DNA from: a virus
Strand: one strand, 5' to 3'
DNA: 64,000 nt
Virus record (IMG/VR): IMGVR_UViG_3300029922_000003
Shown: in pieces, positions 48,901 to 56,766 of the stretch
Layout: each line of letters starts with the position of its first letter
Position numbering within the stretch: position 1 is the first letter of the stretch
Made by a program: the position numbers and the translations under genes
Notes under the pieces: model-generated
What the model saw: only the letters and a program-made list of their open reading frames with translations
The model's database searches: none
Told to the model about the DNA's origin: nothing

Positions 48901-50946
48901 ATTGCGAATCTTGCTTCTAAGGTCTTGCTCCTCCTTGTCTAGATCAAGAGACCCCAAGGCATCAATCAACGCTTTGGGCCCAGTATTGCCATTGATCTGT
49001 CCCTTGTTGGATAGAATGTCGCGCATCTCGCTCTCAGTCAGCCCAAGTATCTTCCTAAGTGGCTCCTCAAGGATCGGATTTGGTACTGGCTCCCCAAGAT
49101 TAATATAGCTCCATCTCTTTCCATCAATTCCATGCAGAGATTGATCCATTAATCCACCTGGTATGGGTTGGCCACTACTAGGGTCAATAGTCTCAGAATT
49201 CTTTACCTCTCTCTGTCCAACCAATTCATCAATATCCTTAGCTTTTAGCGCTTTGATAAAAATCTTTGATCCCTTCCTCTCTGTATTAATACCAGCCCCC
49301 TTAAGCGTATTAATAAACTTATCATACACAAATGGGACCTTTGGGGCGGGAAGTGGGTGACCCATACGGATTGCACGCCAAAGATCTGGGTCGCCTCCAG
49401 TACGATAGTTTTGGATATCATACAAGTTCTTTACTGCGCCATGAGACAGTAAGGCAGTTACGTCAAGGTTTCCGATTCTTTTTGCGCTACTCGTTCCGCC
49501 TGGCTTTGTGGGCTGAAAATTTTGATCCACCCCACCCTCATCAATAGCACTCCACTTAGTATCAGCTGTGTGCTCTAGTTTGTAAAACGCCTGAATACCA
49601 GTAAGAACATTGGGAATTTTTTTGCCAGTCTCTGGATCAAATAGATCTTCTGTATCGGATACGCCGTGCTTCTTTAGTTCCCCCGAGACGAACTTGTGGA
49701 ATGAATCAGTGGAGAAGGAGGGCATTACATACTTTTGTCCAGTCTTGTGGGCTATCTTACCAAGCATTGCCTCGAAAACCATCATGGGATTCTTTCTGCC
49801 GATTAGGGCCGCTGGGTTAATTAAAATATCAATAGGGTTCCCATCACTATCCCTAAACATCTTGTGATCTGGAACAATAGACCCAATTACGCCTTTTGCC
49901 GCAGCCCTAGAAGAAATCTTATCAGCCTGACTTAGTGGGAAGTCAGCAGAAATATTTGCAGATAGACCATGCCTAGTCTCTACGGCATCTGCCACCACAC
50001 CAGGAACCGACTTTTCCCAGGTCTGACTCTTATCAGAGAATGACTTTTTAAGAATCTTGTGTAGATTGCCCTTGGCGCGGTCCTCAGCCCTAAGTACCCT
50101 AGGAGACAAAGACAAAAATATTGGATCTCCAGTTTGCAATGTTACGCCCTTTCTGGCCATTCCATTCTCTCCGATCTTATCCAATTGATCTTTTGTGTAC
50201 CTGTTTGGGAACAGTTGCATAAACTTCGACTTGTCCGACACAACACCCCCCTTATGGTCGACATCAAATCCAATCATGTGATTAGACGTAAGTTTCTTAG
50301 CAGCACCTTCACTCACTGTAATGGCATCCTCAAATGTACCACCACCCTTTCCTGGCATGAACGCTACCCTGAGGTTCTTACTTAGAGCTAGAGTGCCATC
50401 CGGCATCACATAATTAGAGTGAGCCAATGACTGACCAGGCTTAACAACATCCCCCTCCTTCACCAAGGGAGTATCGGTAGTTTGAGTTTTCCTGTTATGG
50501 CTATAGAAGTTCCTCAGTTCTACGTTGTGCTCTTTGCCGTCAGCGCCAGCTATTAGTACATTTTCTTTGTCTACCCTCTTTATAGTCCCATGCACAGGAG
50601 ACTTGACTAAGCCAACCTTAGATCCAATCACTTGTTCTAGCGGCTTGCCTGTATCATCATCCAATACCTGGACTAGCGCAGCCTCTGGATCCTTGAGCGG
50701 CAGAGCTTGATTTACGTACTTCGACCCCATGAACAATCTAGCGCCTGCCATGGTACTCCCCATTGGAGACAAATTAGAGGCCTCAGTATACAAATGACTA
50801 GGAGACATGATCTCGTAGTCTACCTCCTTGGGGGAGGCATAGGTCAGCTTGCCCCGTCTCATTGCAGGGATAAACTCTGCAGAGTGCGCATCAAAAGCTC
50901 CAGCCTCTTTTAGGAGGCCAGGGAACATCTGTTCAAAAAGATCCAT
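45934..50946 (-). CDS. RNA polymerase beta-C / beta'-N fusion subunit with intein
   Basis: beta motifs ARLFMGSKYVNQALP, DKISSRAAAKGV, DILINP, KRIGNLDVTALLSHGA; then beta' motifs VPVLPAAYRP, GRGAI, SRAPSLHR, FTADFDGD..TMNVHVP, PSQEFVLGLY. Confidence 0.93.
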   Translation of the reverse strand: MDLFEQMFPGLLKEAGAFDAHSAEFIPAMRRGKLTYASPKEVDYEIMSPSHLYTEASNLSPMGSTMAGARLFMGSKYVNQALPLKDPEAALVQVLDDDTGKPLEQVIGSKVGLVKSPVHGTIKRVDKENVLIAGADGKEHNVELRNFYSHNRKTQTTDTPLVKEGDVVKPGQSLAHSNYVMPDGTLALSKNLRVAFMPGKGGGTFEDAITVSEGAAKKLTSNHMIGFDVDHKGGVVSDKSKFMQLFPNRYTKDQLDKIGENGMARKGVTLQTGDPIFLSLSPRVLRAEDRAKGNLHKILKKSFSDKSQTWEKSVPGVVADAVETRHGLSANISADFPLSQADKISSRAAAKGVIGSIVPDHKMFRDSDGNPIDILINPAALIGRKNPMMVFEAMLGKIAHKTGQKYVMPSFSTDSFHKFVSGELKKHGVSDTEDLFDPETGKKIPNVLTGIQAFYKLEHTADTKWSAIDEGGVDQNFQPTKPGGTSSAKRIGNLDVTALLSHGAVKNLYDIQNYRTGGDPDLWRAIRMGHPLPAPKVPFVYDKFINTLKGAGINTERKGSKIFIKALKAKDIDELVGQREVKNSETIDPSSGQPIPGGLMDQSLHGIDGKRWSYINLGEPVPNPILEEPLRKILGLTESEMRDILSNKGQINGNTGPKALIDALGSLDLDKEEQDLRSKIRNGSSTTRNSAVQKLNIISGIKKQGIGKEDFFMTKVPVLPAAYRPISMAGRMMLSADSNYLYKDLMTARDLHEKSKQDFGDQEAGNERLAVYDSLAAVMGLGDPLHPKLVQKGVKGFIRQLAGSGGPKTGSLLGKVIGHTVGTVGRGAIIPSDELDMDQIGVPEKMAWKMYSPFVMRRLVKHGMPSSQAALNVERKTDYAKRFLLEEMKARPVMYSRAPSLHRFNIMGAEPQIVTGDSIRISPLVVKPFTADFDGDEQVGKVLILRSLQKKCTNSKNHLTHPSLLCGSEDMFKDITLPHYNPTTHEVSVVDLEDFPRGEFTNRNENGKNGPIDFFSVPEDIMVLALDEKTNKPVWAQVAFYSKHYQRKIEIVNLLAGRQIITDDDPRAVYGMDPSRPEDGLIRCTPTEALNRKICVPYSPHAGAAVSQLPEISEITITDREDCIFKKLPLTRELGYLLGALCGDGWWDKKDYEYYHKRTDMFGSRNINMADLKGYNALSIKKILTDLFLKSGPLYHYSIETLKANNPSRYGDTVKHTFNFKHSELFAEFLSTHLGGEGDENTAGSGNKHLSGFMYQAPREFREGLLCGLVDTDGSCSVSHAKEKPQLLCAFSSTSLRLVRDVKFLASTLGINSTITWSKTTTAGNDSWILAFSSVDCKRHNIFVNLECPWKKEAFLTTPVRDDSPVLGKYDTVFIPHSLAKEFSRQLGSPQITSDLKKIGGAALEETLDKKAVYRNIWGGIARGAVSRNSAYRAIDQIRETYRRDGAIIEIALEVANKCRDSGKLDMKSAQQIRAGIVRVAPAGTPNYKLVKNVYSGLDRPIKTGKLPESTADRIIKFLAETERPQCYVDTPEFLEWSERFLENKSINWSPVDSVEKTGVLEDGYDLTVPGYETFMAADGVILSNTMNVHVPVSDDAVKEIKDRLMPSQNLLSIKGRDAHYTPSQEFVLGLYNTTAVDHKKPKTKFKSAEDVIAAYRRGDLNIDSQVDIG
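46192..48138 (-). mobile_element. Atypical 649-aa intein with LAGLIDADG homing endonuclease
   Basis: Between DFDGD and TMNVHVP; YLLGALCGDG, LLCGLVDTDG, FSSTSLRLVRDV; block F GYDLTV; ends ILSN, Thr at +1; begins EQVGKVLIL. Confidence 0.88.
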
Positions 50947-51302
50947 TAGGCGATTGGTTGTGGTGGCAGGGCATTAGATACACTATCAAACACATGAGGG
51001 TTTTTGTCGATAAACTTCTTTAGAGTGTCTTGGGGAATCTTTGTCTTCAGCAACTCCATGTAGTGGGGTTGATTGGTCTTAATCCCAGAAATTACTGCAG
51101 GCTTAAGAGCATTTGCCACTAATGGACTAAGACCTGGGACATTGAGATGAGAGTGGCTAGCATTATCTAGCATCTTATTTACATCAACATTTCCTTCGTA
51201 AAGTCTTTTAATCAAGTGGGTTGCATCTTCTCCCTGTATATTAGTCTGAAGATCTGATTGCTTCTCAAGCGTGTCAAAATAAATAGAGGCGTACTTGTTC
51301 AT
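50946..51302 (-). CDS. MNKYA-leader small helical protein
   Basis: Starts MNKYASIYFDTLEKQSD; stop overlaps RNAP start. Confidence 0.75.
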   Translation of the reverse strand: MNKYASIYFDTLEKQSDLQTNIQGEDATHLIKRLYEGNVDVNKMLDNASHSHLNVPGLSPLVANALKPAVISGIKTNQPHYMELLKTKIPQDTLKKFIDKNPHVFDSVSNALPPQPIA

Positions 51303-51369
51303 GTCCTTTTAAAGTCTAGCTTGACCATATTATAAAGACAAGAGCGTACATAGCTGGTAGCTAAAAAAA

Positions 51370-51388
51370 CGGGAATTGTTAGTTCCCG
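51370..51388 (-). terminator. Terminator ending the small-gene island
   Basis: CGGGAA/TTCCCG stem followed by T7 on minus strand. Confidence 0.75.
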
Positions 51389-51397
51389 CCTCTTGTA

Positions 51398-51778
51398 TTA
51401 CTCAGTAACCTTCTCTAGGAATATAATGCCGCCATTATTCCCCAGAGCAATTACTTCCAGCTCTGGCTTGCCATCCCCTTTTAGACGAGCCGAATACTCA
51501 TCAAGCATTTTGCTGACCTCTGCGTGAACCTGTTCCATATTCTTCCATATGGAATCTAACTCTTCAGCAGGAATATCCCTTCCATCTTGCAGTCTAATCA
51601 AGACTGACTTGAGCTCCAGATTGGCATCCGTCACTTGGCTGACGTTTCTATCGATCAGCCCCATGGTTTCAAAATCACCCTGATGCTCAGCTAGGGTTTG
51701 GAGGAGTCCTTGCGCAGCAATGAATGCTTCGCTAGAACTATCCAGCCCCCGAATTTGCTCTTCATATTTGCAATTCAC
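51398..51778 (-). CDS. Coiled-coil hypothetical protein
   Basis: 126 aa, GTG start, AC-rich leader. Confidence 0.6.
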   Translation of the reverse strand: MNCKYEEQIRGLDSSSEAFIAAQGLLQTLAEHQGDFETMGLIDRNVSQVTDANLELKSVLIRLQDGRDIPAEELDSIWKNMEQVHAEVSKMLDEYSARLKGDGKPELEVIALGNNGGIIFLEKVTE

Positions 51779-51829
51779 TTTGTTTGTGCCTATTTACTGT
51801 TTGGCTTCAGTTTTGTTGTTTACCAAAAA

Positions 51830-51853
51830 GCCATGGGGGAAAGCCCCCATGGC
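51830..51853 (-). terminator. Terminator-like hairpin
   Basis: GCCATGGGGG/CCCCCATGGC 10-bp stem followed by TTTTT. Confidence 0.8.
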
Positions 51854-51864
51854 AATTTGTGTTG

Positions 51865-52257
51865 TTATTGATCCATTATGGTTTTTGCCAATAATGCTGA
51901 GCTTTCTAGCTCAGCTAGATATTGCGTCTCGATCCGCATCCTGTAAGAATGCAACTGTGGGTGATCCCCATATTCCATCCTCACAAGGGCAATAACCCCA
52001 GCCAGAGCAGCGAGCCCTGGTTTTGTTTTTGCTAGATCTATATAGACCGTCCCAGATTCATCAGCACGCAATATAGCGTGCAAGATTAAAACATTCTTAT
52101 AGTTGAGAGAGTTTATATCAACCTCTCCGCTGTCCCATCGAGAGACCGTAGCCTGAGACACATTCATCAGATTTGCAAATTGTACCTGATTCAACCCGAT
52201 ACTATCTCTTACCTCCCTGGGACTTGGTGGGCTATGCTTCAGTTCAAGTATGTTCAC
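51865..52257 (-). CDS. XRE/Cro-type HTH DNA-binding protein
   Basis: REVRDSIGLNQVQFANLMNVSQATVSRWDSG. Confidence 0.85.
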   Translation of the reverse strand: MNILELKHSPPSPREVRDSIGLNQVQFANLMNVSQATVSRWDSGEVDINSLNYKNVLILHAILRADESGTVYIDLAKTKPGLAALAGVIALVRMEYGDHPQLHSYRMRIETQYLAELESSALLAKTIMDQ

Positions 52258-52276
52258 TATTGTTCTCCTTTGTTAG

Positions 52277-52325
52277 TTGTTTACCGAAAATTATCCTGGT
52301 TTTAAAGATCCAGGAACTTTGATTA
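52277..52325 (-). repeat. Intergenic hairpin repeat, copy 1 of 3
   Basis: TTGTTTACCGAAAATTATCCTGGTTTTAAAGATCCAGGAACTTTGATTA. Confidence 0.9.
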
Positions 52326-52449
52326 TCCGACGTAGAGCAGTGGTGATTGCTCTCTACTTTGAACTGATGTCCGACTTCCACTCTGCAGTGGAAATAACGG
52401 AACCATCGTTCAGGATAACATAGTTCATATGTGTGTCTCCTTTTGTTTG

Positions 52450-52490
52450 TTGTTTACCGAAAATTGTCCTGGTTTTAAGAACTCCAGGAA
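52450..52490 (-). repeat. Intergenic hairpin repeat, copy 2 of 3
   Basis: TTGTTTACCGAAAATTGTCCTGGTTTTAAGAACTCCAGGAA. Confidence 0.9.
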
Positions 52491-52500
52491 ACTAAATCTA

Positions 52501-52773
52501 CTAATCCTCAGATACCAGATCACTAAGGATCTTCTTGATCTCATTGGGGGTTGCCGATTCCCAATCAAATTGTGCAGAGCGCTGACGCAGATTATCTATC
52601 TTCTCCTTCAGGTCGATTTGAAGTTGCTTAGCTCCGTCTACCTCCTCTTGCTTGACTGGGTCGCTATAGGTAGCGACCTTTAGCGAGAAACTAGACACCA
52701 GCTCTGCTATCTCTTCGATCTTGTCGATAAGCTTCAGCCCATCGTCCCTGATCTCTTTTACTTTTTCGTTCAT
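52501..52773 (-). CDS. Coiled-coil hypothetical protein
   Basis: 90 aa between repeat copies. Confidence 0.65.
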   Translation of the reverse strand: MNEKVKEIRDDGLKLIDKIEEIAELVSSFSLKVATYSDPVKQEEVDGAKQLQIDLKEKIDNLRQRSAQFDWESATPNEIKKILSDLVSED

Positions 52774-52810
52774 TTTGTTTGTGCCTCTTTACTGTTTGGC
52801 CTCAGGTTGT

Positions 52811-52859
52811 TTGTTTACCGAAAATTGTCCTGGTTTTAAAGACCCAGGAACTTTGATTA
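52811..52859 (-). repeat. Intergenic hairpin repeat, copy 3 of 3
   Basis: TTGTTTACCGAAAATTGTCCTGGTTTTAAAGACCCAGGAACTTTGATTA. Confidence 0.9.
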
Positions 52860-53273
52860 GAGACTATCCTGAAGACTCCACTCACCATCCCTAACCAGCT
52901 TCATTGGTTTGACCAAGAAGGCTGTGAGGAGTATCGCCATAACTATGGCTCCTGGGATAATCGTGGATATCAGCACCCCAAATGCTATTGGGACGCTCAG
53001 GAAGCTTATGATAGCTGCTCCTGGGATAATCCCCACAAGAGAGTACATGGCGTTCGCCCATTGCATCTCGAAGAGCTCGCCTGGATAAGAGAAGCCACCA
53101 AGCGCCTTAAATGTCCATACCAAGGATGTTATGGACAAAACTAGCACAATACTCCCAATCACAGCAGTGCCTACTATGACACTGCCGGCTACCAAACTAG
53201 CAGCCCAAATCACCATACCCCAAATTAGGGTAAGGAACATGGACGTTGATATACTCATCATTCTATAGTTCAT
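52857..53273 (-). CDS. Multi-pass membrane protein
   Basis: 138 aa with about four hydrophobic segments. Confidence 0.7.
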   Translation of the reverse strand: MNYRMMSISTSMFLTLIWGMVIWAASLVAGSVIVGTAVIGSIVLVLSITSLVWTFKALGGFSYPGELFEMQWANAMYSLVGIIPGAAIISFLSVPIAFGVLISTIIPGAIVMAILLTAFLVKPMKLVRDGEWSLQDSL

Positions 53274-53352
53274 ATTTCAATTGCTCGGCTTTGGTCTGTT
53301 GAGCATCAGGTTGTTTGTTTGTTGGTCGATACTAAAAATAACTTAATAATCG

Positions 53353-53374
53353 ACTCATAATATTATGGCAAAAA
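53353..53374 (-). promoter_or_regulatory. Candidate phage promoter motif, copy B
   Basis: TTTTGCCATAATATTATGAG directly after a terminator. Confidence 0.45.
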
Positions 53375-53395
53375 GGGGGGTATTTTATACCCCCC
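53375..53395 (-). terminator. Terminator hairpin
   Basis: GGGGGGTAT/ATACCCCCC stem followed by TTTTT on minus strand. Confidence 0.75.
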
Positions 53396-53456
53396 TCCCC
53401 ACCGTGATTACTCCCCACACCAGTCTTGCAAGTCTTTCTCCGTTGCTTAATCCCAT
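53385..53456 (-). CDS. 23-aa micro-peptide
   Basis: AAGGAG 4 nt before ATG; MGLSNGERLARLVWGVITVGRGV. Confidence 0.4.
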   Translation of the reverse strand: MGLSNGERLARLVWGVITVGRGV

Positions 53457-53505
53457 AAGTCTCCTTTTGTTTGTTGTTGTTTTACCAAGTCGAATATTAT
53501 CTTAA

Positions 53506-54162
53506 TCAGTACCCGCACTTTTTATGAGCTACGTACTGGACACTAACGACGTCACCATCATTAAAGAGATAGTCCTCAGCAGGCTTTACCCCATTAATGA
53601 GATACTCAACACGTTCTGGGCTATACCCCAATGCAGCCGCTATGTTGCGATTTTTTCTAATCGCATCGAGTCCAGCTTCACGAGGCAAACTACGGACTAG
53701 CAAAGAAGTCCCATGAAAGCTCACGTTAATGGAGGGGAAGTTCTCTTTTTGATAAGCGTCTGCATCCCTTTTGGCTTTACTAAAATGCCCTATTAGAGAA
53801 TCCAGCGAATCCCTATCTACCCCCCAGCAACTATATGCTGGGTCTGTCTTGGGGATCAACAACACGCTAAACCCACGGACCTCAAGAACCCCTCTTAGGT
53901 GATACACTAGCTCCGTTATAGTGGCGCTACCCACACCAGCAATTGCCTTCAACCCATGCTCCTGCAGGACTATCCCGCTTGGCCCAAACCTCCCAATTAC
54001 ACTGGTGTGTTTTGGAACTAGTCGTCTGCGACGTCCAATCGCAATCTTACCATCCCCCTCTATTGTTGTAGTCCAGGTAAGACCCCACAACGCAGCAAGT
54101 GTGCGAATGGGGTTATCCTCACTTAAAATCGCCTTTATCGGCGGTATGATTCCTTTTTTCAC
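53506..54162 (-). CDS. Protein with C-terminal ubiquitin-like (beta-grasp) domain
   Basis: AALGYSPERVEYLINGV..DYLFNDGDVVSV. Confidence 0.6.
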   Translation of the reverse strand: MKKGIIPPIKAILSEDNPIRTLAALWGLTWTTTIEGDGKIAIGRRRRLVPKHTSVIGRFGPSGIVLQEHGLKAIAGVGSATITELVYHLRGVLEVRGFSVLLIPKTDPAYSCWGVDRDSLDSLIGHFSKAKRDADAYQKENFPSINVSFHGTSLLVRSLPREAGLDAIRKNRNIAAALGYSPERVEYLINGVKPAEDYLFNDGDVVSVQYVAHKKCGY

Positions 54163-54186
54163 AATTCCTCCTTTTGTTTGTTGTTT

Positions 54187-54525
54187 TTACCAGTCGAATC
54201 CAACATCAATTTGACTCCCATGATAGGGGTCGTCTATTGAGTTTATGCTGGATCCAAGTGTCCTGATGATATTGTCAGCATATGATTCTGGTTTCTCTTT
54301 GAGGACCTTGCTGACCCTTTTGACTTTCGCCCTACACAAAGCTGCCTTCCCCTTAGCAGACTTGAAGTACCTCTTCGCGCTCTTCTTCCCAGACTCGGAC
54401 TGCCTCCAGTCTTTGATGTACTTCTTGCCAGCTTCTGTAGCACTCCACCACTTTCTGTAAGCAGGATTTGGCTTCCCATTTATTCTGGATGGTGGTCTCT
54501 CTGTTGTAGCCTCAGTTTGTTTCAC
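54187..54525 (-). CDS. Basic hypothetical protein
   Basis: 112 aa with repeats S..GK....R(W/Y). Confidence 0.6.
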   Translation of the reverse strand: MKQTEATTERPPSRINGKPNPAYRKWWSATEAGKKYIKDWRQSESGKKSAKRYFKSAKGKAALCRAKVKRVSKVLKEKPESYADNIIRTLGSSINSIDDPYHGSQIDVGFDW

Positions 54526-54545
54526 TTTTACCTCCTTGTTTGTTG

Positions 54546-55112
54546 TTATACTACCGCTATCTGTTCGTACTCTTTAATTGCAGACAGGTCCCATACGCAA
54601 CCCCCAGTGACATCCCACCCCCAAAATGGAGATATATAGTCACCAGTATCTGAAGAGTGCAAAAGCTTGGGATTTGCCACAACTATTCCTTTGTGTTGGG
54701 CTGCTACCCTACTCCAATCAGTTATTCCAACTCGAGCCGCAAAGTCTTGCTCACTACACCCATCTTTGTCAGCTTTATCCCATTCAAATGGATCTACCAT
54801 GAATTCCCGGACAAAATCACTTACATCCTCAATTGTATTGAGTACCAAGAAGTCTTGTTTGTGGAACTCAAAAAGTAGAACCCTTTTGTATATAGATAAC
54901 CTTTCTTCCCCCCAGTCATCGTCTTTGATTCCAACTAGGAAGTCGAACCACTCGGTTCCGTGTGAGAACCAAATCCCCCTGGGCTTTCTTCTGGTCTTTT
55001 GCTCATAGGGATAATTGAGATTAAGGTGTTCTATCCTAGTTAGAGAAACTGGCTTGTCTTGATACATCGACAAGCTGTCCCTAATCTTAGCCCAATACCG
55101 CTTATCAAACAT
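54546..55112 (-). CDS. Trp-rich hypothetical protein
   Basis: Start ATG 55112 with GGAGG RBS; KPRGIWFS..EW, WGWDVTGGCVWD. Confidence 0.7.
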   Translation of the reverse strand: MFDKRYWAKIRDSLSMYQDKPVSLTRIEHLNLNYPYEQKTRRKPRGIWFSHGTEWFDFLVGIKDDDWGEERLSIYKRVLLFEFHKQDFLVLNTIEDVSDFVREFMVDPFEWDKADKDGCSEQDFAARVGITDWSRVAAQHKGIVVANPKLLHSSDTGDYISPFWGWDVTGGCVWDLSAIKEYEQIAVV

Positions 55113-55189
55113 ATGCCTCCTCTTGTTGTTTGTTGTTAACCTCCAATAGCTGCCCACCCCTATAGGGATGAGCAGACTTGATTGTTACT

Positions 55190-55666
55190 CTACTGGGGGG
55201 GGCGACCCATTGGAAGACCAGCAGGAGAGGGAGTTGTCCTTCTCGACTCATCCTTCGCTTTTTGTGTCATCTTGGGGATCGCTTTACCTTTTAGACGACG
55301 TATGTCGAAGTCTGCAGGGTCGATCATCTCGCCAGTCTTTGGGATTGTACCCTTGGGCTGAACAAGTACGTGAACGCACCCATTGGTGTGTTCGGTGAGG
55401 CCGATTGCCATTCCTTTGAAGCCGCTAGCCTCATCCTCGACCTCTGTGCCTAGGATTTGACGTGGCATCAAATCTTCCTCAAGGGTGCCACCATTGATCC
55501 TGGAGGCAGCAATGTACTCGGGTTTCAGAGGCTGAAGGGTCTCGGGGTTTAGCCCCTTTGGCTGAAAGATATAGCTTTCATTTCCACTCAGGCTCACATG
55601 CTTGTGAGTCAAGCGCCCCTTGATACCAGTTGCTTTGTCCGTTACTGATGTGTTTAGTTTAAACAT
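55190..55666 (-). CDS. Hypothetical protein with internally duplicated small beta domain
   Basis: VTDKATGIKG..YIFQPKG and VEDEASGFKG..VLVQPKG. Confidence 0.7.
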   Translation of the reverse strand: MFKLNTSVTDKATGIKGRLTHKHVSLSGNESYIFQPKGLNPETLQPLKPEYIAASRINGGTLEEDLMPRQILGTEVEDEASGFKGMAIGLTEHTNGCVHVLVQPKGTIPKTGEMIDPADFDIRRLKGKAIPKMTQKAKDESRRTTPSPAGLPMGRPPQ

Positions 55667-55696
55667 TTTCGTTTTCCTTTGTTTGTTGTTTTTGTG

Positions 55697-55996
55697 TTAG
55701 ACGAGATCCTGCTGTTGTGGCAGGTCGTCTGCGTGTAGTCCTCTCGATATGGCATCTCGCAAGATATCTCCAATGGAAACATCCTCCTGAATGGATTGTG
55801 AAATCAGCTTTCTGAGTTGCACAATAGTTAAAGCATCAAGGTTAATCTCAACCGGCACCCAAGGCACCAGAGTTATTGACCCATCCTGATTAGCTCGAAT
55901 GGTGAACTTATCCCCACATTCGATTCCCAATTCTGCCACTTCTTCATCACTGAACTGGATGAAGTATTCTTCTTTGGACTGCACAACCTTCTTCAT
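55697..55996 (-). CDS. AbrB/MazE-like DNA-binding protein
   Basis: Start ATG 55996; KVVQSKEEYFIQFSDEEVAELGIECGDKF. Confidence 0.6.
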   Translation of the reverse strand: MKKVVQSKEEYFIQFSDEEVAELGIECGDKFTIRANQDGSITLVPWVPVEINLDALTIVQLRKLISQSIQEDVSIGDILRDAISRGLHADDLPQQQDLV

Positions 55997-56027
55997 TTTT
56001 GTTTGTTTGCTTGTTTTGGTTTGTTGT

Positions 56028-56399
56028 TTACTGACTGATCTTTTGATCTGATAACCACTTGATCTGCGCATGATCGTTGACACACTTACTGTACCTATTG
56101 ACCACCCCGGCTGTAGACAATAGCGCTAGCGCACCAAACACCACTGTAAGGATAGCGGCAATCATTACTAAAGTGTCTCTCTGTTGCTGGGATGTCGTGA
56201 CCCTTTTAACCATGCTTGGCCGCGCATTTTCAATAAGCGAAATGACACTCCCCACAGCTAGCCATCCAAATAGCATAACCCCAGAGAATGCAAACAACGC
56301 TACAATCAGGTCTGTGTAAAACGCGAACTCGAACTGGTTTATGTAGAACTGCCTACTGGTCTCATCAAGTGCTGCACTGTATTCGATAATTGGATTCAA
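56028..56399 (-). CDS. Two-TM membrane protein
   Basis: TTG start with GGAGG RBS; two hydrophobic segments. Confidence 0.65.
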   Translation of the reverse strand: MNPIIEYSAALDETSRQFYINQFEFAFYTDLIVALFAFSGVMLFGWLAVGSVISLIENARPSMVKRVTTSQQQRDTLVMIAAILTVVFGALALLSTAGVVNRYSKCVNDHAQIKWLSDQKISQ

Positions 56400-56753
56400 T
56401 TATTCCTCCTTTTTGATTTTGTATTTGAAGACATTAACTGTTGAAGTTTTGTCCTCCTGAAGGACATGGACAAGGACCAAAAAGTGTGTTTTGTCTAATG
56501 AGTAAACAGGGTTAGTGCTGGAAATAGTGACTTTTGTATCTTTCTCTTCAGCAGCTTCCGTCATACCATCTACAGCCTCTTTCTGAAAGGCATACACTTC
56601 GGGGTACTTGCCCTCGTCAACTTCCTCACCATGTGAGATGCTGTCGTCATCAAAGAGTAAATCCATGTCAAAGACATTGGGATCTATCACCTTGATAGCT
56701 TCTACCATCTTGAGCCTGGTGGGCTCAATTAGTATTTGTCTTAGTATATCCAT
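56400..56753 (-). CDS. Acidic hypothetical protein
   Basis: 117 aa ORF. Confidence 0.6.
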   Translation of the reverse strand: MDILRQILIEPTRLKMVEAIKVIDPNVFDMDLLFDDDSISHGEEVDEGKYPEVYAFQKEAVDGMTEAAEEKDTKVTISSTNPVYSLDKTHFLVLVHVLQEDKTSTVNVFKYKIKKEE

Positions 56754-56766
56754 TCTTGTTGTTAGT

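Noticed and set aside
52277-52859. CRISPR array interpretation of the three repeats
   Set aside because: Spacing is irregular (about 125 and 320 bp) and contains ORFs; no cas genes apart from IS-borne tnpB
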